Position numbers and translations under genes: made by a program. A stretch of DNA of 63,343 nucleotides, counting the filler, from Choristocarpus tenellus KU-1152 (taxonomy: Eukaryota > Protista > Phaeophyceae), in NCBI GenBank assembly GCA_964200185.2. It is 12 parts of 12 records of this genome, joined end to end, with 100 filler letters (N's around TTAATTAATTAA, not from the genome) between each part and the next. Parts side by side here need not be neighbours in the genome. Positions count along the whole stretch, not along the records: positions 48,704 to 56,751 come from CAXNAD020005226.1; positions 56,852 to 59,794 come from CAXNAD020023474.1; positions 59,895 to 63,343 come from CAXNAD020019957.1; 9 more parts are not named here. One strand, given 5' to 3'. Shown here piece by piece: positions 54,701-63,343 of this stretch. The notes beneath the pieces are model-generated. The model was given only the letters and a program-made list of their open reading frames with translations. It ran no database searches and was not told the DNA's origin. Positions within the stretch are counted from its first letter, which is position 1. Each line of letters begins with the position of its first letter.

Positions 54701-56751
54701 TGATGTGTTTATTGGTAGGGTAGGAGTGCAGTGAGTCACTGCAAGCAGGATACAAAGCAATGTAGATAATCTTCTCTTGTCGAGAAGGTGTGTGTAGAAT
54801 TGGATCAAATCTTCCCTCAACTAAGCTAAAAACTCAACATTCTGCTGACTGGGACCAGAAAGTCTAGTTCTACTTGTCACACACATGTGAATGTATGAAC
54901 TAGTAGTAATATGTTTATCCTTGTTGTAACAAGAGACATGGAATGCTTATCTGGAGATGATTATGTAGCACTCTCAAATGCTTACGGCATTTTCCAGGGT
55001 CAAATAATTGGTCTGGAAATTTGTGAGCAGCCTGGTTCACGGGCCAGTCTGCTTCACTTTTAAATCAGCATGGTTATTATTGTTATTGTTGTTATTGTTG
55101 TTATTGTTGTTAGTATTGGTAGTAGCATTAGCATTAGCATTGGCATTATTAGTATTACTATTATTTTTAGTGTTATCCTTCCTATCTTCACATTAGTTTG
55201 AGGGATCTCTGACCTGGGGTCATAGGTAGTATCGCATTGGAATAGGAGAAAAAAGAACATGGAAAAAAAGAGTAGAATATAGTAATACTTGAGAACAAAG
55301 AGGGTAGATGTGAGAGGTGGATCAAGTCGCTACTAATTGAATTAGTAAACCTAGCCAACACTACTAGTTAAACTATTCAACCCAGCCAACAAACATCCAC
55401 TCCAGCATCAAGGACCAAAGCTCAGAGGGTAATCTGTCAATCCTTACACTGCACATGACACATCACGATGAAAGCCTGAGAGCAATCAGAGGACTTTGCA
55501 GTCAGTACAAGTAGTTGGGTGTGCTTGGTGACCTCAGCTGATACAGCTTCTTTTTTGGGAGAGCTCGAAAATACTTTGAGTGTGGTACACCTATATGGGA
55601 CTTAAATGCTTTGCTAAAAGTGTTGGTATCCACATGTCTTTGTGGCAAGCTGGCAATTTGTACCCTTTTGCTTGATAGGCAAGGCTGATTGTCCATGGAT
55701 TTTCAAGACCCACTCATGGTTGAATCACTTTTCATCTTTTTTTTTTTTACAATGGGGACCCTAACCCTAAGTAAAAATGCTTTTGAAAGGTCTGATCACG
55801 AATCTCACTGACTATTTCTACTGCAGGGATATAATAATACCCTAACACCAAGATTATGTGGGCTGCTGATGTTGACAAATAGTTGGAGATTGTCAATGAC
55901 AAAATGTTGGGGGGTCATCTGATCAGTTTGAGGTATACCTCAGACCAACATCTGAGTGTCATGAGTGTCATCGATTTCTTCTGCCGTCATAATGTACCAC
56001 CGACTAAACTGTAGCCCTCTTTTATCCTTGATCTACAGTATGTCCCTTGGGCTCGCCTGGTGCAGAAAATATTGACAGATCTCGTTTCAGGCTGTCAACT
56101 GTTTCTATGTTCTGGTCTGTGGGTCGACCTGGGTTTGATATTTCTAAAAGGTCTGGTTTAGGGGCGTCAGATTCCACCGTTCCCTGGGTTAGGGTTAGGG
56201 TTAGGGTTAGGGTTATGGTTAGGTCGACCCAATGAAATATCCGGTAATTTTTCCCTCAATATACCGTGGTAATCCCTATGGCGTTCATGTTGTCTCTTTT
56301 GTAGTTTTGATATGTTTAACTTCTTTTGTATTATTGAAGTTTGGTGTGATGTTTGTTCTCTGACAGGCTCTCCGAGCGACAACTACCAGGACACCTCACT
56401 GCTTTCATCTCCACCCCGACAAGCTCGTCGCCACCACCCCATGCCCACCACGAAGGGCAGCAGCAGGGACCGGTTGAGCTTAAGGTACTGGTTCATGGGC
56501 AGGAGGGAACTGGTCAGGGACCTCAAGAGAACCAGAACCAGGGTCACCTAGGACTGGCCCAATTGCCTGGGCTGGGGCAGGTAAGTCAAGGTCATGTATC
56601 TGAAGGCCAGGGGCAACAACTGTCTGGGTCTGCTGATGAAGCTCATCCTAAGTCAATTTCTGTGAAGGCGATGCCTGCAGACATGGATGAGGATCAAGGT
56701 CCTGGAGGTGGGCGTGGAGGGGTTGGTGGAGGAGGGGGAGCAGGGGGAGGG
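51708..56751 (+). CDS. Tup1/TupA-like transcriptional corepressor, N-terminal part (Tup_N coiled coil plus low-complexity linker), truncated by contig end
   Basis: Phase-consistent exons 51708-51866, 52034-52143, 52741-52789, 53293-53466, 53985-54493, 56367-56751. Joined peptide RSLELCELLKCEIEHL..EREEYEKKFRQQLAEMDRIQHMLKQLQEAHILNKQTYEDEIILLRRQLD resembles the Tup_N pattern (EYE.K..QQ..EM..I...L..LE..H...KQ.YEEEI..L+..L). Confidence 0.75.
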
Positions 56752-57388
56752 NNNNNNNNNNNNNNNNNNNNNNNNNNNNNNNNNNNNNNNNNNNNTTAAT
56801 TAATTAANNNNNNNNNNNNNNNNNNNNNNNNNNNNNNNNNNNNNNNNNNNNCGTTTTCGCAGAACAACCATCCTCATAGTCCCGCTCCATCCTCAATTTT
56901 GCGAATCCCCCGTTAAATGTATATATTTTACCTACTACGAAACATTTTGGAGTCGGAAAATGTCATTAAAAAATCCATGGGAAGCCAAACAGGGAAAAAT
57001 TCGTACCCTCTAAGATAGTTTTTTCACTCTTACACCTTTCTATAACGCCAGTTAGTCTGAGGATGGTGTTTTCTGTAAGCGTTACGTTGTTGAAGGTTTG
57101 ACAAAAGAAAGAGACAACATTTTTTCTTTTCAATTGGCCGATGATCCTTACATTCTTGTTGACATCGGACATAAATTAGACTGTATCTTATGGTGTGAAT
57201 GTTGGACCATCAAGCTAGAAGTGGGAGTGTTCATAGGTACTTCAACCTGTGATGTGTTCATCGTGTTTCTCCTCCCCTCCTTCTGATTGAAATATCGAAC
57301 GTTAGACAGACTGGACGCTGTGTGGATGCCAGAGATACGAAGGACCCCTGGAGCTCTTCGGTGAAGGAATCTATCACTTCGAGGCATT

Positions 57389-59746
57389 ATGCGATGCCGT
57401 GGTAAAATCGGCCTGGGAATCCTTGGGGGATGCATTGTCAGTATCGGAGCGTTTACCACGGCCCAGTTTGCCCCCACAGCCCCCCGCAGCTTTGCTGAGA
57501 AAGCAACTTATCTTCATCCCCGTGGTCTCTGGTCACAATGTATGCGGCCAAGGTGCCATTCTTCCTCGTTGTTCACTGGAAGTCCAAGAGTAGACACCTG
57601 CCTCATCGAATCTGATAGTCCAGTTGAGGCATCACGAGACAAAGGAAGTAATCAGCTGCCTTTTAAGCGCTTTCCGAATGATAGCACCAAACTACGAGGC
57701 GCCGCCTTCAGCTTTGCCACGGCCACGGTCATTTGGGCCTTCTTACGTCCAGAAACAGCTCCGGCTTCCATTACAGGTTAGTACTTCATCTGCCCTTGAA
57801 AGGTATTGCGTGGGGTTGAAAACAGGTTGGAACGGAAGGGTGATGGAATTGGAGTTGGTGAGGTCAGATGAATTGCCCTAGCCCGCCTTTATTGCTCGTG
57901 CGACAAAACTCACACTCACCCAGAGACCCTCCTGTCCGCCACATTGGCATGTCCAGAGGGATTGCAAGTGCCGATGTCGTCGAACCTTCCGGCGGACACC
58001 CTGACAGGATTCTTTACCGACCCGGCATGGAACAGGTACGCTTTCATGTTCCCTGTCGGATTGATCATAGCAACCTGTGCACAAACGGCGGGCATTGGTG
58101 GAGCTTCTATGATGGGCCCATTTTTTCTCCTCGTCTTGCCTCTGCTCGGACCAGAGTACCCCCTTCATAGCGTGGCAGCAAGTGTGGCAACAGGGATTCT
58201 CTCCGAGGCCTTTGGTTTCTTGTCGGGTAAGCGTCCTGGTTTCTCGTGCTTTCTGACGTTGCAGGGTAGAGCACCAACCAACCTCAATAACATGACAGGC
58301 AACAAAATTCAACCACTGTGCCTATGCACTCATCAGTCTACTACAAACTCACTCTACTGATCCTGTTATCTTGAAACACTAGTACAGTACTATACAAAGA
58401 GCGTTTCTCACTCCATTCCTTCTTTAATGTCTAATAGGCTTAGCAGGATACTTCCGCAGGGGTCTTGTCGATGTAAAGTCGGCATTGCCCTTCATTGCAG
58501 TCTCCCTACCTTCGTGCTTCCTTGGTGCTACGCTGGTTCCCTATGCGGATGATCGTGCACTGAAGGCTCTCTACGCTGTGTTCATGCTGGGACTTAGTGC
58601 TTACCTGTTCTTCGAGGATGACCTGTGAGTGTTTTGACCATTTGTTTCTGGTGTAAGTACGGTGGTGTACAGATTCACTTTCACTCAAATAAAGATCATA
58701 ACCCTCCTAAACGAAAAAGGAAGTACTTCAAACATGTTCCTCGTGGCTTCATATTTGAAACGTTGAGGGAGTCACCTAACAGGGTATCACCTGTTCTGGA
58801 CTAGTGTTGCTGAGCCTTCTCCCAGAATCGGATAGTTTGAGGGAAGCACGCAAGGAATTGTATCTACATTGCCTTGACGTATGATGTGGTTAGAGTACTT
58901 GTACTAACCAGCAGGATGGTTGGCAAAACTGAGTTGAAGAGAGTACAAGCACTTAGCTTCGTGCCTCCATCATTGCACCTCAATAGCTGTACTCAGAAAT
59001 GTCGTTGAAAATTCTATAGCAAAAGTATCTACTAGTTAGAAGTATTAATATTAACTTACTTAGTCGTTCGGTTGGATGCTTGGATGCTTGGTTGAGTGAA
59101 GTGACTAACTTCATACATATTAACGTGAGACGAGGTGGGGATAGGTGGACTTGTGGGCACCGCAAGGGGAGGGATTGGTTGGATAGTAGAGCTCATCGCC
59201 CAATTAGTATGATGCTTGTTGGAAAGCTTCTCGTACATAGGCTCTTCGCCAAGAACTGCTGGTGGGTTTCTTGGTAAACATGAATTTCCACGTTTTCCTC
59301 ATCTTCGCCTGAGGTGTGTGTGTTGTGTTTCCTGCCCTAGACCAAACATTTCTCCACCTTGAGCCAAAGTCAACGATAGCTTGCCCAGGGTCGCATTTTA
59401 AGGATGCCCGCAAAGCTTGTGCAAGATTCGGCTTCTTGTAAGAAAGCGTATAGGGACTATTATTACGAATTATGTCTAAAAGATATATACAGAAAATTAG
59501 CCCATCAAGTCAATCTTATAGCACTTTTCCCATAGAAATAAGGGCGAATTGCAAAAGTTTGAAAAAGTGACTCGACTTGAAATGAAAAACGGCCAACACT
59601 TGGGCACCTACCTCTCAACTACTGTGGCTCCTTGCCCCTGGTACAGGGCTGTCCCTGATAGTGGAGGTGAATGCATGATTGACGAGGATGAGTTTGGCGA
59701 GATGATAGTGGTGTGCACACCCGATGGGCAAGAATTCAACTATAAG
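57389..59746 (+). CDS. Sulfite exporter TauE/SafE (TSUP) family membrane protein, 5' part, with probable bipartite plastid-targeting presequence
   Basis: In-phase exons 57389-57776, 57957-58226, 58438-58624, 59647-59746. Motifs MFPVGLIIATCAQTAGIGGA..P and ATGILSEAFGFLSGLAGYFRRGLVD. N-terminal signal-peptide-like stretch ends SIGA-FT (ASAFAP-like). Confidence 0.85.
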
Positions 59747-60163
59747 GTGATGCCTCCTAGTGCTCTGACAGGGGACCCAAAGTGTCTTGGGGGGNNNNNN
59801 NNNNNNNNNNNNNNNNNNNNNNNNNNNNNNNNNNNNNNTTAATTAATTAANNNNNNNNNNNNNNNNNNNNNNNNNNNNNNNNNNNNNNNNNNNNGTCCAG
59901 AAACAACTTGGACCAGCTCTGGCGACACGGATGGGCTTGAAGAGATTGAGATTAATCGCCAAGGGATCACCTCTGTCAGGCTCGAAGCACTCAACCTCGG
60001 GACTAAGTGGCTGAGTATCAAGGAGACCATATTCTACGTCAGCACCTGAGCGTTCCTGTCTTATTCCTTGATTGCTCCAAACGTACGTTACAGACCTGGA
60101 CCAGCAAATGAACCGATCTGGACGCTGAAACATTGCAGGTTTAGAAGAATTAATGCAGTTGAT

Positions 60164-60423
60164 GAGTGGAAGTATCGTAGAGGGTACAAGTTTTGCCCTG
60201 TTTGTCCATTTTGGGCCTGGCTTCTCACGGCTTCTTTTATGACTTTTTTCCAACTTTGAAATGTTTCGGAGTAGGTAAAATGTATAATTTATGACAAGAT
60301 GTGTCTGGACCAAGGATATTGACACTTTGTAACAAACATGATAGTCAAAATTACATCAAAATCGCAACATTGGTTTTTGGCCCCCAAATGGACACGGCCC
60401 TTCTCTCTAAGATACTTTGGCTC
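60164..60423 (+). mobile_element. MITE subfamily B, full length, apparent TSD GAT
   Basis: Same TIRs and internal sequence; GAT on both flanks. Confidence 0.85.
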
Positions 60424-61265
60424 GATGCAGTAGGAGTGTTCACTTGCAGTGATCTAACACATGCAAATGGCTATGTATGATAGCAACGTACACTTTCTGA
60501 CCTGGTGTTGTAGGGCCCCCATCTCATGCGTTTGGCTTGATTCACTTGAGAATATGTATATGATTTGTGGGAGGATTATTGTGCAGGGTATACTGACGCA
60601 GTTGGGTTGAGGCAATCTGGCGTGGTTGCTCACACCTTTGCGCCCCTGTAGAACCTGTTTTCAACCTGATGAGCGAGAGTGTGGCGAAATTTCAAGAAGC
60701 AAAGGCTTGGTCTTGTGAGGAGCGGTACGACCTACTATAGTTGGCAGAGGGCACCGGTTGAGTCGTAGAAATCATTGGTTGGAGTTGGGTGGGAGAAGGT
60801 TACGTCTCACTAATGATGGAGTCCTAGAGTTGACCTCAACTCGTTTCCAGAATCACACAAATCTTATTGATATATATTAGTATGAAGTGGATATCCCCAG
60901 GCAAGTTGTAGCTGGCATAGTCCATGAAGAGTCGTGAACTGTGAGGGTTTATAATCGGGGTTGCCTTAACGTGCAAGAGATCAAGACGGGCTCAGTTGTA
61001 GCTTGGTCTGCCCAACTAGACAACTGTCATTTTGAGCTCTGATGGTACCTTTGATATTAGAATGCTGGGCATATCGTAAATGCCATTCCTTTTCTCTTTG
61101 GTTAATATTCGATAATATAGAAACATGGTATTATTTTCTCCCACCTATGACCCAATCTTGCCTCCAACAAGATGCTCTCGAGAGATGAGATGTCGGGGCT
61201 CGAGAGAAGGATGGATAGCGGTGCAACCTGTATTTTCTCCCTCTCCACGCGTCAAAATTATTGAA

Positions 61266-61520
61266 ACGTCAAAGTATCTTAGAGGATAGAGTCGCGTCCG
61301 TTTGGGGGCAAAAAATGGAAGGTTACGGTTTTGATGTAATTTCGCCTATTGTGTTTGCTAAGGAAGTTACTATCCTTGTTTTGGACACTCTTATATGTGA
61401 TGGACATATTACCTACTCCGAAACATTTCGGATAGGTAAAATGTCATAAAAATCCCATGGTAACCCAAGCAAAAAATTGACAAAAGGGTAAATTTCGTAC
61501 CCTCTAAGATATGTTCACTC
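61266..61520 (-). mobile_element. MITE subfamily B, full length, apparent TSD GAA
   Basis: Reverse copy ending ...TTCACTC; GAA on both flanks. Confidence 0.8.
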
Positions 61521-62183
61521 GAAGGCTGGCCATGAATGGGAACTTATTATGACTACATTCTCGATACGTCAGGGGTTCACCAAAGTATCAAAAAAGGCTA
61601 AGTAATCCTGGGGAACGCAAGCTGTTAGACTTGATTTAAGCTCCTGTTTTGCCGGAGGGTTGCTATCCCTCTAATCAGTGAGTAACTTTAGTGGGGGGAA
61701 GTTGCTAAGGTGAGGCTGTGTATCCTGGTGGTGTGTAGTGCCTGCCTTTCGATGGACTTGCAACCATTTAACCATGTCGGGATTCGATTCCATGACAGTA
61801 GCGTTTATTATTACTTCTATAGTAAACCCCCTGTCGATCTGGGTAGCTCAGCCCTTGACTAAAATTTCAACCCTTCAGCAGTGGGGTGAGATACAACTCA
61901 CACCTTAAAGTCTTACCTGGCGGGCGGCTGCTCTCCATAAGCACAATCATGGGGCATGTTGAAACATAGGCTACTCATTCGATTTGCTTTGTTACTATAC
62001 GGCATCGTCAGTCCATACTGAACGTTGAATTGTCCGATGCAATGATCGCTATTTCCATTTGCATCATTAGCTCATTAGCTCATCATCACAACTCACTCAG
62101 AAGATCACCGTATATAGGAAGTATAGGAACAGTCGCTAACTATCACTCATACAGGTATACTATGTGTGACAGTAGTTACCTTG

Positions 62184-62438
62184 GAGTGAAAGTATCTTAG
62201 AGGGTACGAGTTTGCCCTGCTTGTCCGTTTGGGGCTTGGCTTCCCACGGGTTATTTTATGACATTTTACCTACTCAAGAACATTTCAGAGTAGGTAAAAT
62301 GTTTTACATTACGAAAAGGTGTGTCCAGGACAAGGATACTGATATCTTCTAACATGATAGCCAAAATTAATCAAAATTGAAAAATTGGATTTTGTCCCCC
62401 AAAAAGACGCGACTCTACACTCAAAGATACTTTGACTC
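62184..62438 (+). mobile_element. MITE subfamily B, full length
   Basis: GAGTGAAAGTATCTTAGAGGG ... AAGATACTTTGACTC; flanks TTG / TTA. Confidence 0.85.
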
Positions 62439-63343
62439 TTATATTTGGATTCAAGCTTGGCTTCTTCTTTCTTCCTCGTGTTAATTCTTTTTTCTCACGC
62501 AAGTTATCAATTGCATAGCATATGTTTATTCTTATTTTTTACTTGACTGGCATTGCCCCCCGTAAGACATCCTGATCACTCCGCAACACTTATATTACAC
62601 ACGCCAGGATGCAATATGAACGGACTTAAAACTATCCTTCGAAATCCTCTCAGTCAAAGTGGCAACCCTCTTCACAGAGGATAAATTTCTTCACTTGAAA
62701 GCCTCAATGAATGACTACACACTTTTATCAATCTTGGTCTACTCTGAGTCAAACATGCCGCAGATGTACCAGTACAAATTTCACTTCAACCAAAGTCTGA
62801 TTGAGTATAATATCCCTTCCGACGCACCAGACCGAACTCGACACACACTTGTTTCTAAACGTGTTTTTTACAGAACAACCGAACCTACTTCCACATCGAA
62901 CATTGTCTGATTGAGTAAAACATAACATCGGGCCTACTAGAACCAATTCGTCAGTGCTTTGTTGCACAATGAAAATCTTCATCTCAAACCAGACACATTA
63001 CAATAATGCACAACTCATACGAAATCAGGTTTCAACAGGGCACTCTGAACAACTCGTGAGTGCATTGATGTTAGCACGGCCCCAAGGTCTGGAGCTGACC
63101 TGCGGAACGTTGGCCTTCAGTGTCCAGTCTCTAGAGTTCTATTCTTCTGTTGTCAGCATTTTCATTGCTCAAGTGCTCTCCAATTCCTGGACTCTCACCA
63201 ATCTAGGAACTGTCTATTATCATTACCTTTCTTCCTCTATCCAAACAGGAGATACCAATCTCATACTCCATTTGTACCTCCTTGTGAAAATTACCTTGGG
63301 AGGTAATGCCATTTGTTAGTAGTGAAGATAAGAAGGTGTGAAG

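Noticed and set aside
55008-55260. Poly-Leu membrane-like ORF
   Set aside because: Translation of an intronic (TTR)n microsatellite within the Tup1-like gene
55827-55932. Extra Tup1-like exon (CAG acceptor, GT donor)
   Set aside because: In the required phase it hits TAA within a few codons, whereas 56367 continues the frame
60480-61250. Possible RLE-type non-LTR retrotransposon tail (minus strand NPPTNHIHILK..)
   Set aside because: Too degraded to support a call without a database search

Overview
Eukaryotic draft-genome window, not a continuous locus. Twelve contigs are joined by 11 artificial 100-bp linkers (N-run + TTAATTAATTAA + N-run). Intron-rich genes, interstitial TTAGGG tracts, a flagellar dynein and a bipartite plastid-type presequence point to an ochrophyte stramenopile, probably a brown alga or close relative (inference). 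Genes reconstructed by hand from splice phases: partial gamma-tubulin complex GCP2, partial axonemal dynein heavy chain (AAA3), the 3' end of an unknown membrane protein, a complete 6-exon EEF1AKMT4/METTL13-like methyltransferase, the 5' part of a Tup1-like corepressor (Tup_N), and the 5' part of a TauE/SafE (TSUP) transporter. The rest is repeat-rich: about 20 copies of three related MITE subfamilies with shared terminal and subterminal motifs and mixed 3/4-bp TSDs, two nested opposite-strand Ty1/copia relics, a long hairpin element, tRNA-like SINE heads, minisatellites and several degraded unclassified repeats. No CRISPR, rRNA or prokaryotic system is supportable. The best leads are the MITE clan, the Tup1-like gene, a CpG-island-like pattern and two GC-AG introns.
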